DNA of 64,000 nt from a virus. Taxonomy: Duplodnaviria > Caudoviricetes. The notes below the pieces were generated by a model. The model was not told the origin of the DNA, ran no database searches, and worked only from the letters and a program-made list of their open reading frames with translations. Shown here in pieces: positions 1 through 9,090 of the stretch. The DNA is taken from positions 96,001 to 160,000 of IMG/VR virus record IMGVR_UViG_3300005259_000074, one strand, 5' to 3'. Numbering within the stretch: the first letter of the stretch is position 1; each line of letters starts with the position of its first letter. A program made the position numbers and the translations under genes.

Positions 1-13
1 TGGAAGACCTCTG

Positions 14-238
14 ATGTCAGAGAAGGAGAACATGTGCAAGGCGTATTTCAGGCAGCCCTTTCGACACGTGTACGGTAGGTGCAGCGGGGCGATCGCTGCG
101 AAGAACTACTCTGAGTGTAAGTTCTTCTGCGCGAATTCTCAGCGTCCCAACAAGTGTTGCTTCAACGACCTCAGCAACTGCTACAACAAAGCAGCCATAA
201 AGGACAACATGCTAGAAGAAAAGCTCAACGATCTCTAA
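14..238 (+). CDS. small Cys-rich hypothetical protein
   Basis: 74-aa ORF with 7 Cys, converging on the 225..1835 gene with a short 3' overlap; similar in style to the small Cys-rich genes at 61167-61780. Confidence 0.35.
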   Translation: MSEKENMCKAYFRQPFRHVYGRCSGAIAAKNYSECKFFCANSQRPNKCCFNDLSNCYNKAAIKDNMLEEKLNDL

Positions 239-1835
239 GTCCATCTCTCATCGCGCGCAACTCCTTCAGCTCCTTCAACCAGGCCGCTAACTGCTGGTGG
301 TCCTTAGCGCAGCCAGATATCTCCCTCGACTTCTCGTCGCAGTGGTTTATAGCCTCGTCTAAGGTGATGGGGATGCTGTCGATCGCCATCTTCTTCTTTT
401 TCATCATCTTGAACGAGAGCTTCGCCGTCCCGGGGTACTTCGGAGAGCCGGCGAAGTAGAACTGGAAGAATGCGTCCTCGAAAGTGCAGACTCTGAACTT
501 CACGTCAGTCTTCGAGAGATTGATGTACACCTGCAGCACGTCTATCGAAGTCATCACCTTGTTCAAGAAAGCGATCATGGATTCGTCTTTGTTGAACGTC
601 TGGTATATCTTGGTTGCGAGAGGAGCTGAGAACAGCCCGCGGGCGTCGAGAGACTTGTCTTTCATGACGAACCGGATAGTCTCCTCGGTGACCGCGCTTG
701 GGATCTTGTCGAGCCAGTTAGTTCTGAGGAACTCGACGGTCTCCTCTTCTCCCATCTCCCGCATCCAGTCTCTGATGCCCCTGTTGGTGAGGTTCTCGAA
801 GTCGAGGCTCTCAGTCTTCTCGTGGTTCTTGAGGTCAGCCCACTCGCTCAGCTTCAGCTCGTCACCCATCTCGAACATCCCCGAGATAGCCGGAGAATTG
901 TGCATCATAGATATCATGTCGGCTGCGCGCTGCTCTGCCGGTGTCAGGCACTTGAACTTCTGCATGGCTTCGTAAACTGACTTGATAGACGGCGCAGCTC
1001 CGTCTTTAGACTTCGCGCTGACTCCGCGTTGCTCGTTGTCGACCATGACGTAGAAGTCGACGAGTGGTTCGTTCGCTGCCACGGGGAACTTGACGCTGTC
1101 GACCCCCCTGTTGTGCATCATCCAGTGAGCGCTCAGCACCTCGCCGAAGTCTTTGGCTATGACTCCCATGTCTGGGTCAGCCATCGGCTCTGCCAGCTTC
1201 TTCAGCTCTTCTCCGAACTCGATCGCGCTCGAGTTGGTCGCGACTACGTCTACGAGGCCCTTCAGCAGCGGTAAGAACTTGACGTAGTCTCTGTTAGACT
1301 TCTCCAGTGATGTTCTCGCAGCCTCGTAGACACGCTCGCTGAAGGTCGGCTTGTCCATCCACTGGTCGTCCTTTGCTATGCCTAGGGATGCTGGAGTGAG
1401 CTGTTTCGGCCTTATAGAAGACCCAGCTTTCTTAGCTTCTCTGAGGTTAGTTATGACGACCGTCGCGCCCTTCGGTATCTTCTTCTCGATGAGCCCATTC
1501 CTCACTCCTCGCTGGACGCAGAAGTCGTCCTCTAGGGTGAACGCGTACGACACGTAAGTAGACGACACAGAAGTGTCTTTGACGCAAGTCGCGCGAAATG
1601 GGGTTCCCGTCTCGGCGTCTACGAGAGACGAGACCACTACTTCTACGGTGCCAGGCTCCATCTTTATGCGAGCTGCTCCGTGCTTGTTGAGGTTGTCCAT
1701 GTCGTAGACGGTGTAAGAGGGGTGCGGCTTGTTACCGCGGCGGATCAGGCCCTTCTGCTTAGCGAGAGCGTCCTTAAAGTAGCTCAAGTGCTTCTCGGAC
1801 TCGCTTCGGGACACAGGAATAGCTGGAGCTTTCAT
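225..1835 (-). CDS. PD-(D/E)XK restriction-endonuclease-like fold protein, with a possible fused small C-terminal gene
   Basis: Spaced motifs DFGEVL ... EPLVDFYV ... GVSAKSKDG match the E..D..(S)xK catalytic spacing; no homology search run. Confidence 0.5.
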   Translation of the reverse strand: MKAPAIPVSRSESEKHLSYFKDALAKQKGLIRRGNKPHPSYTVYDMDNLNKHGAARIKMEPGTVEVVVSSLVDAETGTPFRATCVKDTSVSSTYVSYAFTLEDDFCVQRGVRNGLIEKKIPKGATVVITNLREAKKAGSSIRPKQLTPASLGIAKDDQWMDKPTFSERVYEAARTSLEKSNRDYVKFLPLLKGLVDVVATNSSAIEFGEELKKLAEPMADPDMGVIAKDFGEVLSAHWMMHNRGVDSVKFPVAANEPLVDFYVMVDNEQRGVSAKSKDGAAPSIKSVYEAMQKFKCLTPAEQRAADMISMMHNSPAISGMFEMGDELKLSEWADLKNHEKTESLDFENLTNRGIRDWMREMGEEETVEFLRTNWLDKIPSAVTEETIRFVMKDKSLDARGLFSAPLATKIYQTFNKDESMIAFLNKVMTSIDVLQVYINLSKTDVKFRVCTFEDAFFQFYFAGSPKYPGTAKLSFKMMKKKKMAIDSIPITLDEAINHCDEKSREISGCAKDHQQLAAWLKELKELRAMRDGLRDR

Positions 1836-1910
1836 AGAAGTTCCCTTTCAAGTTGGATTCAAAGGCACTATCGTAGCGTCACACATTTCATCGGAATGAA
1901 GTGAAGACCA

Positions 1911-2516
1911 TCAGACGATGCACTCTCGCATCTTGTCGAAGGTATCCTTCTTGAGGCCGGGCATCACTCTAGAGGTAGTCTGGTAGTCGCCGTCTCTCAC
2001 CAGAGACCTGACTCTAGTCGCCGACACCCTAGACACCACTACTTCTCCGGACTCGTCGATGAGGGCCCCTGAGGTCTCGACGTCTCTGTCTAGCAGTTTG
2101 ACTGTGACGTACCCGTCCATCAGCGGAGGGTAGAGCGTCGCCTGCTTCTTGTACGAGTCGAACCTGTCGGAGCCGCAGTAGACCTCTGTCAGCTCGTAAC
2201 CGCGGTCCCTCAGCTTGTCTAAGATTACATCGAGGGCGGCGTTCTGGAAGACTTCGACGCAGACCACGTTAGCTGGCGCTACTTCGGAGATGATCTCTCT
2301 CTGAAGAGATTCGCTGAGGGGATTCTTCTGAGGATCGGGATTCTTCCCTCTGATCAGGCCCACGACTACGGGAAGTTGTGAAGCTGTCATGAGGTTCTTG
2401 TGCCCTATGTGGAGGGGCTGGAACCGGCCGAGGACCAGAGCGACTCTGGTGTGTTTCGGACGGGGGTTCTTAGGATTGCGGTAGCCGTAAGACGTCTCTG
2501 TCACCATTGCACTCAC
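1911..2516 (-). CDS. HIGH-motif nucleotidyltransferase (NMNAT/cytidylyltransferase-like)
   Basis: VLGRFQPLHIGH signature, YCGSDR, and C-terminal SRVSATRVR (SxTxxR) motif. Confidence 0.85.
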   Translation of the reverse strand: MSAMVTETSYGYRNPKNPRPKHTRVALVLGRFQPLHIGHKNLMTASQLPVVVGLIRGKNPDPQKNPLSESLQREIISEVAPANVVCVEVFQNAALDVILDKLRDRGYELTEVYCGSDRFDSYKKQATLYPPLMDGYVTVKLLDRDVETSGALIDESGEVVVSRVSATRVRSLVRDGDYQTTSRVMPGLKKDTFDKMRECIV

Positions 2517-2645
2517 TCTTTACATTCGCTCATTCGTCTCGCTGGGCGTCAGCGAGCTCGGGTGTCTCCTTGGTAGTTCTTCGTGTCGTTCTCAGTCTTG
2601 TTGGTTCGTCACGCTAGAATACCCCGTGCCTCCACCGTCTTTAGA

Positions 2646-2675
2646 CAAAAATAGCGGGACTTGTGATCCCGCTAT
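2646..2675 (-). terminator. rho-independent terminator
   Basis: 9-bp stem ATAGCGGGA/TCCCGCTAT (2651-2675) followed on the minus strand by a T-tract; lies downstream of the 2702..2800 micro-ORF. Confidence 0.75.
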
Positions 2676-2701
2676 CGTCGTCAGAATGTGAAGTTATTTC
2701 T

Positions 2702-2800
2702 TTATTTCGAACTTGTTTCCGTTTCAACTTTGTGTATTACTTGATCAGCTTTGTTGAACGACGATAGAGTGCTCTCGTAAAGCTCTTCGAACTTGCTCAT
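2702..2800 (-). CDS. 32-aa micro-protein MSKFEELYESTLSSFNKADQVIHKVETETSSK carrying the shared leader
   Basis: Translated by hand (below the ORF-track cutoff); the first 10 residues match the starts of 2983..3441, 21516.. and 22382..; followed by a terminator. Confidence 0.6.
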   Translation of the reverse strand: MSKFEELYESTLSSFNKADQVIHKVETETSSK

Positions 2801-2858
2801 ATAATCATTCTTTCAGTTATTCTTTACTGCCGACCCACTCGTATGAGCCGTACTTAGC

Positions 2859-3005
2859 TTACAACCGCCAGTCGTCAGCTAGCTTATTCAACTCCTCCTC
2901 CTCCTCCTCGGGGATGTCGAACTTCTTCCTCATCCCCTTGCACGCCAACTCATCGAAAGCGATATCTTCACGAAGCTGTTCATCACTTCTTCCATTTATC
3001 TTCAT
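2859..3005 (-). CDS. 48-aa acidic hypothetical protein (MKINGRSDEQ...PEEEEEELNKLADDWRL)
   Basis: Hand-translated ORF filling the gap between two leader-bearing genes. Confidence 0.35.
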   Translation of the reverse strand: MKINGRSDEQLREDIAFDELACKGMRKKFDIPEEEEEELNKLADDWRL

Positions 3006-3441
3006 CAGCTTCTATGTAAGGGTAGAACTCCTTCGTGAATGCGTTTTTGGCTATCAATTTGTGAGTGTCATCCAATTTCTCATGAGCATCAACCAATTTG
3101 TGGAAGTACTGACCCATCGAGACGATGTCGTCCATAGTCTGCCTCGGAATCATGTTAGACTTATCAGCTTTTCTCCGATACTTGCTAGCATCCTTCCAAG
3201 TGTCTTTCATCTCATCATCAGAATCTATGACATTCTTCACGTGTTCTACATCTTTAGGATTTATCTTCTCGAACTTCCCACTGACTTTTCTGAATTCTGG
3301 AGCGCCAGCTTCTCTACCGTAGAGACCTCTGCCTAACGAGTGAGTGCCGTCTGGCCCCTTCTTTTCGGAGTTCTCGTAGTGCTCGTGAAAACTGTCGCGG
3401 CGTTGGACTATGCTCTCAACTAATTCTTCGAACTTGCTCAT
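2983..3441 (-). CDS. putative head-internal protein with leader and GPxGTH module
   Basis: Starts MSKFEELVESI; contains GPDGTHSLGRGLYG...FRKVSGKFEKI. Confidence 0.7.
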   Translation of the reverse strand: MSKFEELVESIVQRRDSFHEHYENSEKKGPDGTHSLGRGLYGREAGAPEFRKVSGKFEKINPKDVEHVKNVIDSDDEMKDTWKDASKYRRKADKSNMIPRQTMDDIVSMGQYFHKLVDAHEKLDDTHKLIAKNAFTKEFYPYIEADEDKWKK

Positions 3442-3451
3442 GTCATCCCTT

Positions 3452-3853
3452 TCAGTCTGAGAAGTCTTCTACCGAGCCAACTTCCTTAATGCGCTTCAGC
3501 ATCTTGTCGTCGAACACCTTCTTAGCAGAAGCGGCGTCTTCTATCTTGACGTTAACTACGATCGTGTCGTGCTCGACGTCCACTTCTATCTCAGCCCACT
3601 TCTCCAGAGGCTCTTTGCCTCCGGACTTGCGGAACTCAGCCTCTTCATCGGGCTTCATCTTCTTGAACTTGGCTTTCTCGTCCATGTAGCTCTTGTGGAA
3701 GTCCCTCTTGAGCTGGTTGACGTGAGCACGCAAATCGGAGACGATAGCTTTGGTGTCGGTTTCGTCTTTCTTGAGGACGACGGAGAACTCAGACATCTCG
3801 TCCAGACGGTTTCCCAGCAAAAACTCTCTGACAGCTGATTCAAAAAATTTCAT
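3452..3853 (-). CDS. hypothetical protein, probable internal protein (MKFFESAVREFLL...LDE)
   Basis: ORF track 3452..3868; the ATG at 3853 gives an MKF start and lies downstream of the late promoter at 3880-3887. Confidence 0.6.
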   Translation of the reverse strand: MKFFESAVREFLLGNRLDEMSEFSVVLKKDETDTKAIVSDLRAHVNQLKRDFHKSYMDEKAKFKKMKPDEEAEFRKSGGKEPLEKWAEIEVDVEHDTIVVNVKIEDAASAKKVFDDKMLKRIKEVGSVEDFSD

Positions 3854-3879
3854 GTATGATTCCCTCATTTACTTTGTTT

Positions 3880-3887
3880 TATTTATC
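3880..3887 (-). promoter_or_regulatory. T4-type late promoter GATAAATA
   Basis: Intergenic xxTAAATA shortly upstream of a start codon; the same motif recurs before many late genes. Confidence 0.6.
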
Positions 3888-3889
3888 GC

Positions 3890-4435
3890 TCAGAAGCTCC
3901 GTTTCGCCACTAATATGTCGTCTTTCTCGTAGCCGTCTTCGAACGTGTAGGAGAACGCCTCTCCAAACACCTGCTCCAGGGCGCTCATTATGCCAGCTTC
4001 GTCGACCATGTTCCACTGTGGTATTCCACCCCTCCGGAAGTACCGGAAGTCATCGACCATGATCGTGTGGTCCCTACGATCCGGGTGTTTGGCTATCGCG
4101 CGGATCTCGGACAACACGGGGCAGCTGTCCGCGATGGGCTTTGGATCTATCGGGCTGTACGAGAAGTGGGAGTCGAGCCAGAAAGTAGCGGGGCCGGAGA
4201 ACCTAGAAAGCATGTCGGGCACACACTGAGAGCTGTCTCCGAAGAACAGAGACACCTGTGGGTAGTCTGCGAACTTCTTCTGGCACTTTCCGAACTTTAT
4301 CATGTTGCACTCGACGCTGTACGCCCGCTTGAAACCGCATTCCAGGGCCAGAGACACAGCTTCCCCCTCGCTGGTCCCAGTCTCGAAGAACACCGGGCTC
4401 ACGTACTTCTGCAGGACTTCTCTCGTCAACGGCAT
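3890..4435 (-). CDS. class I SAM-dependent methyltransferase-like protein
   Basis: FFETGTSEGE glycine loop, FFGDS, FWLDSH, IMVDD motifs typical of small glycan O-methyltransferases. Confidence 0.7.
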   Translation of the reverse strand: MPLTREVLQKYVSPVFFETGTSEGEAVSLALECGFKRAYSVECNMIKFGKCQKKFADYPQVSLFFGDSSQCVPDMLSRFSGPATFWLDSHFSYSPIDPKPIADSCPVLSEIRAIAKHPDRRDHTIMVDDFRYFRRGGIPQWNMVDEAGIMSALEQVFGEAFSYTFEDGYEKDDILVAKRSF

Positions 4436-4438
4436 CGC

Positions 4439-5314
4439 TCATCCCTCCTCTATGATCTTCAACAGATCTCTCGCTCTAGCGGCTACGGTGTGCCGCGCGG
4501 CGACTAAGTCTCTCGCGTTCTTCCCGACAGTCTTCCAAGCATCAGACTCTATCAGAGCGTCGATCTGTTCTAGCGATCTTATCTTACAGCAGGTGACACC
4601 GTCTTCGAAACCCAGCTCTCCCAGCTTCGCCATGTCGAACGTGATTATAGCAGCTCCGGCAGCTGCAGCTTCAAAGTACTTCGGCGGCACTAACCTATCG
4701 AAGACTCCACCCGAAGCGTAGTACTTAGCTGACGCTAACGCTCTCTCGTACTCGTCGGTGGTCAGCGCGTAGTTACCGAAAGTAGACGAGCACGACACCA
4801 CCGATTTCGGAAACTTCTTAGTCGCCACGTATTGGCTCACGATCCTCCTCAGGGGGTAGTTGTGGTTGACGCAGCCCGAGCACATGACCGACACGTCTCT
4901 GTCGGGGTTCCACTCTGGGACGCTCTCGACGAACCACGGTATGAAAGCGCACTTGATCCCCAAGTCTGATGCAAAAGCCTCGAAGTCTCTCGGGACTTCC
5001 TGCAGGAAGCACACTAAGTTGGGGCGGACTAACTTCGTCCAAGATTTCAGTTGAGACTCGTAATAGTCGCTGACAAACGTGTAGACGTACTCGGCGGGGC
5101 GGTGCTTCGGGACTGCATACAGCTGACAGTACGCTATGTCGTAGAACTCTCTCGGGACTTCGTACTCCTCGCACAGACGGTCCGAGCTGATCGGGTGCGG
5201 CGTTACGCTTGTACTCATCGCTCTCGGAAGAGCTGTGGCAATGCCCGTCTCCCAGAATTTGAAGTGGTCTGACTCACTCGCAGGTAAGTAGAAAGAAGCA
5301 ATGTGCAGATCCAT
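4439..5314 (-). CDS. GT-B glycosyltransferase (CgeB/GT1-like C-terminal domain)
   Basis: DVSVMCSG...YPLRR, YERALASAK, PKYFEAAAAGAAII, LGFEDG...TVGKNARDLV..RHT...RA. Confidence 0.75.
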   Translation of the reverse strand: MDLHIASFYLPASESDHFKFWETGIATALPRAMSTSVTPHPISSDRLCEEYEVPREFYDIAYCQLYAVPKHRPAEYVYTFVSDYYESQLKSWTKLVRPNLVCFLQEVPRDFEAFASDLGIKCAFIPWFVESVPEWNPDRDVSVMCSGCVNHNYPLRRIVSQYVATKKFPKSVVSCSSTFGNYALTTDEYERALASAKYYASGGVFDRLVPPKYFEAAAAGAAIITFDMAKLGELGFEDGVTCCKIRSLEQIDALIESDAWKTVGKNARDLVAARHTVAARARDLLKIIEEG

Positions 5315-5338
5315 CGTTAGTTCCTCGGTTGAGCGAAC

Positions 5339-5346
5339 TATTTACA
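5339..5346 (-). promoter_or_regulatory. T4-type late promoter TGTAAATA
   Basis: 25 nt upstream of the glycosyltransferase start at 5314. Confidence 0.6.
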
Positions 5347-5553
5347 CGCATTTTTGAGTTCAAAATCCGGGTGCTGGATGATGATTCGCTCTCAGATGTG
5401 GTTCAACGTGGGGCAGATCACTACTAGCGGTCTGCGCCTCTGGAAACACGCGTACGCCACTCGAGACCGTGTGCGGTGATCTCCGTGCGATCTACTCGCT
5501 GACACTCTAAATGAAATCTAGAGGAGACTGTGAATTATCTGTAGATGAAAAAT

Positions 5554-5631
5554 CCACCAGTTCAAAAATCTTCTTCTGAGCGGTATATTCAAGAGTTAAT
5601 CCGTTGGACGGTAAAGAATAGAGGAATTGAA
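5554..5631 (+). repeat. dispersed 78-bp intergenic element, copy 1
   Basis: 69/78 identical, ungapped, to 56117..56194 (hand alignment). Confidence 0.9.
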
Positions 5632-5714
5632 ATAGTATTAGTATCATTAAGAGATCGAGAGTACAGAACTACTGAATATTGATTTGGAGATACAGATTCG
5701 CGAAAAATCACGAG

Positions 5715-6353
5715 TCAGTTGAATACTGACGATGCCTGCTCAGAGTGCGAGACTAATTTTACTGACGCTATCATCGGCATGCACCACGTCCAAACTCGGT
5801 GTCTGCGGTAGACTTCTTCAAGCTCTCCGTACTTGTCGGCGTCGATCTTCTTCTCGCACAGTACCTTTCCCAACGACGCTCTGACGTTGTCGTTAGCGCC
5901 GGAGAATGGCGTCCAGTCCAGCTTGACTAATGTGTCGGTGGTGACCACGGGTAACGACGTGGTCTGCGTTACGGTCTGCCAGGTGATCACGTGGTCTAAG
6001 TGGCCGTACTCTCCGAACATGTTGTGGGTGAACACGCAGTCGCAACCGACAGACATAGACGTGATGTTCTTCGATATCTCCGAGAGGATGTCGCTGCGGA
6101 GGCCGTTCCTGTGGTTGACCTTCGCGAACTCGGAGTCGAAGGGGAGCACTCTGCGGTCAGCAGCTCTTATCCCGACTCTGTCGCACACTTCGAAGAGAGC
6201 GTCTTTCCTGTGCGCGCACCACTTCCTAACTGGGTTGTTCTCGTCGCTGGAGCACACTAAGATGCGCTTCTCCACCGTCGGGTCTAACAGCACGGCTGCG
6301 CCGAATATCAGCTCGTCGTCGGGATGAGACACTACGACTAAGACTCTAGACAC
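5715..6353 (-). CDS. PIG-L/LmbE family N-acetylhexosamine deacetylase
   Basis: VVSHPDDELIFG and FTHNMFGEYGHLDH metal-binding motifs. Confidence 0.85.
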   Translation of the reverse strand: MSRVLVVVSHPDDELIFGAAVLLDPTVEKRILVCSSDENNPVRKWCAHRKDALFEVCDRVGIRAADRRVLPFDSEFAKVNHRNGLRSDILSEISKNITSMSVGCDCVFTHNMFGEYGHLDHVITWQTVTQTTSLPVVTTDTLVKLDWTPFSGANDNVRASLGKVLCEKKIDADKYGELEEVYRRHRVWTWCMPMIASVKLVSHSEQASSVFN

Positions 6354-6365
6354 TAACGCACCTCG

Positions 6366-6680
6366 TCAGGAGTTCAACTTCTTCCACGCCGGCTCTGATG
6401 TCCCCTCGTCGAACCTAGCCAGCTCGAGGAGAGCGTACGATATCGTCAGTTCTGCCAACTCAGCGTCTCTGCAGGTGACTAATGCCGCTGGATCCATCTC
6501 GGGGTCGCCGTAGCAGTTGCACGCGAGAATTTTGCCCGCTTCTTCTGCGTCGAAGAACCGCTTGCTGGATGTCAGCGGACACCTGACTACGGAGCACTCG
6601 CAACTGGCTACGATTATCTCGGGATATCCGCACAGAGACATCCAGAGACACGATAAGAATCTGAACAGCTTGAACGCCAT
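6366..6680 (-). CDS. hypothetical protein
   Basis: GAGGA RBS upstream; co-oriented and tightly packed between neighbours. Confidence 0.5.
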   Translation of the reverse strand: MAFKLFRFLSCLWMSLCGYPEIIVASCECSVVRCPLTSSKRFFDAEEAGKILACNCYGDPEMDPAALVTCRDAELAELTISYALLELARFDEGTSEPAWKKLNS

Positions 6681-6727
6681 CGTGAGTCCTCCTCGGTGAC
6701 CGATTATTTACGGTTCCCGAGTCGGAA

Positions 6728-7300
6728 TCACTCCTCGAGTGCTGCTATGAAGTCGAGCGCCTGTACGACGTTGTTCGGGTGGAACACCCAGCGCTTGCCG
6801 CTGACTGACTCGAACCACTGTCTAGCTGTGTTAGTCTTCAGCTCCTTAGACATCGCTTGCCAGTCGGCGACCATCTCGGCGACGGCTTCTACTGGCATCT
6901 CGCGGACTTTTATCATCTTCTCTAGGCGATCGCGGTTCTTCGGGTCGAACACTATCGGGTCCTCGCTGTACGACTCAGGGTGGTGCCTGTTGTTGACCAC
7001 GTGGTGCAGCGTAGCGGCCCTTATAGACTCCTGGAGGTCAGCTGGGATAGCCAGGGGTGTGCCCTCGCGCTTGTTCTTGTACATCCAGTTGACCCACACG
7101 TAAGGTTCCTTCTCCTCTGCGTCGTTCAGCTTGCTGAAGTCGTGCATCCTCGGCATGTTGTCCAAGCCGAACTCGGCTGCCAGTTGCTGGTAGAACTCCT
7201 CGACGTACCCGATGTGCATCTTAGTGCGCGCGTCCGAGTATTTCTGCATCTCCGGTGTGATCTTCAAGTTCAGCGCTTCCATCATCTCTTCGAAAAGCAT
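6728..7300 (-). CDS. HD-like metal-dependent phosphohydrolase (DUF5662-like)
   Basis: TKMH...MHDFSKL...LHHVVNNRHHPE...EMVADWQAMS. Confidence 0.75.
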   Translation of the reverse strand: MLFEEMMEALNLKITPEMQKYSDARTKMHIGYVEEFYQQLAAEFGLDNMPRMHDFSKLNDAEEKEPYVWVNWMYKNKREGTPLAIPADLQESIRAATLHHVVNNRHHPESYSEDPIVFDPKNRDRLEKMIKVREMPVEAVAEMVADWQAMSKELKTNTARQWFESVSGKRWVFHPNNVVQALDFIAALEE

Positions 7301-7321
7301 GATTTCTATTTCCTCTCTGTG

Positions 7322-8188
7322 TTAAAGATCTACGAAATTATCGTAGATCATTGTCTCATAGTTGGTGATTATTAGTTCGTTCAACGCTAGACTATCTTTC
7401 CCATATTTGACTCCTCGACGAGAGTTAATCTTCTGTATGTAGAAATCATAGTATATTTTCTCTATGAAGTCGTCTCCTTCTATGTAAGAATTGCTGATCA
7501 TTGCCGAACATTTTTCGTGTCTTTTCAGACATTTCATCAACCTCAAGTGATCTTCAGGTGAAAATCCGCTTGCGTTATAAGAATCGAACGTCTTATAGTA
7601 CGGTGGATCGCAGTAGATGAATGCTCCATCATCGGCGTGTTTGTCTATGACCGTCTCAAAATCTTCATTCAATATCTCGATACATTCGAACATCGATGAT
7701 AGTTTCCTGATATTGTCTTCTTTAAATATCGTCTCAGATAAATGAGCTCTGTATGAAGAGTTGAACTCCCCTTTTGAGTTGAATCTGAACAATCCACAAT
7801 AACACGTCTTATTTAAAAACATTACTAAAGACGAACTAGCGATGATGTCTTCTTTTTTCAGAGAGTTGAATTCTCTCTTCTTAGAGTTGTAGAATTCGCG
7901 TTTGGATTCTAACGTCCCGCATGCATAGTATTCGTCTCGCAGCTCACGCAATGCGGATATCAGCTCTTCTTTAGAATCTCTTATAGCTATGTAACACGAG
8001 ATTAACATCTTGTTCTTATCGGAGACGACTATTTTTTGAGGATGATACTTTTCTACCACGTCTAATAACACTGAACCAGCTCCGACAAATGGTTCTATAT
8101 AAATGTCTATCTTCTCAGGAAAGTGTTCTCTGAGTTTTGGAAGAAGCTTTCTCTTTCCTCCTAACCACTTTAAAAACGGTTCTGGCAT
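7322..8188 (-). CDS. dam: DNA adenine methyltransferase, Dam/D12 class
   Basis: FLKWLGGKRKLL, YIEPFVGAGSV, FIYCDPPY, C-terminal ELIITNY. Confidence 0.92.
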   Translation of the reverse strand: MPEPFLKWLGGKRKLLPKLREHFPEKIDIYIEPFVGAGSVLLDVVEKYHPQKIVVSDKNKMLISCYIAIRDSKEELISALRELRDEYYACGTLESKREFYNSKKREFNSLKKEDIIASSSLVMFLNKTCYCGLFRFNSKGEFNSSYRAHLSETIFKEDNIRKLSSMFECIEILNEDFETVIDKHADDGAFIYCDPPYYKTFDSYNASGFSPEDHLRLMKCLKRHEKCSAMISNSYIEGDDFIEKIYYDFYIQKINSRRGVKYGKDSLALNELIITNYETMIYDNFVDL

Positions 8189-8533
8189 ATTGTTCTAGAG
8201 TATCTCCAATGTGTAGTCTAATTCTTTGTCTTCCACGAGTTCGCGTGCGTTCACCAGAGTGCATATCCTGATGTGCATGTTTTTCAATCCGGTATCATAC
8301 AGGTGTTGGTGTTCACAACCCACAAATTCTTGGAACTATGAGGAGAACTACGACAGCAATACCTCCACGATTCACCAGCACCGGCTTGACATTCCACTAG
8401 GTTAGCTGCCAGCGTCTTCTCCTCAGCCGCGGCTAGTCCTTCAGTGTTGGGGGTAGTGCTTCTTGAAGTAGTCGTTAGTAAACAACGTCCCGTAGTACTA
8501 GTACCCGCTGTAGTACTTATTGTCAGACATCTC

Positions 8534-8737
8534 TTATTTTTCTTTCATCTCCTCGAGTTGTTTCTTCAGCTTCTCTACCAGCATTCCATTTTCGCACCAG
8601 TCTTCACAGAACAGCTCTCGACAGTGGCAGTAGTACTCCTCGAGCGCTCCTATGCATTCAGACAGCGCTGCTTTGACTCGCTCAGTCCTCCGGAATCTCT
8701 CCTCATCGGGACACATCCATGTCGGTCTGTTCTTCAT
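8534..8737 (-). CDS. small hypothetical protein
   Basis: ATGA-coupled to the upstream micro-gene. Confidence 0.55.
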   Translation of the reverse strand: MKNRPTWMCPDEERFRRTERVKAALSECIGALEEYYCHCRELFCEDWCENGMLVEKLKKQLEEMKEK

Positions 8738-8904
8738 CTTTCGTCTCTCAAGAGCCTTTCGAGTTTCTCGATAGTGTCTTCATCCCAACCTCGCTCTCTG
8801 ACTGATTGCAGGCGTTCTTGGATCATGCCTTCGGTGATGGTGAATTTCTTCCCTCGACAGGCTCTCAACTTGCGTTTGACACTCCTGTTGGTGTTGTGCT
8901 TCAT
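8734..8904 (-). CDS. 56-aa basic hypothetical protein (MKHNTNRSVKRKLR...)
   Basis: Hand-translated; ATGA overlaps on both sides. Confidence 0.55.
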   Translation of the reverse strand: MKHNTNRSVKRKLRACRGKKFTITEGMIQERLQSVRERGWDEDTIEKLERLLRDER

Positions 8905-9080
8905 TCTCTTCCACCATCACACCTGTCTTCTAGTGGGCAGTCGGCCGGAAAACATAGCAGATCTTCACACGACATCTCACTTTCGCGCCGAGAGCAGATG
9001 TGTTCACCCCTCCAGCTCATTATGTTGACTTCGCGAAATGGGCATTTCGCGGGAGATTCGATTGTGTATATCTTAGACAT
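8901..9080 (-). CDS. 59-aa Cys-rich hypothetical protein (MSKIYTIESPAKCPF...)
   Basis: Hand-translated; GAAGAG RBS; coupled to the next gene. Confidence 0.5.
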   Translation of the reverse strand: MSKIYTIESPAKCPFREVNIMSWRGEHICSRRESEMSCEDLLCFPADCPLEDRCDGGRE

Positions 9081-9090
9081 TCACTCTTCT

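Noticed and set aside
8386-8391. TTGACA as a sigma70 -35 box
   Set aside because: There is no matching -10 at 16-18 bp, and it faces opposite to the local genes.
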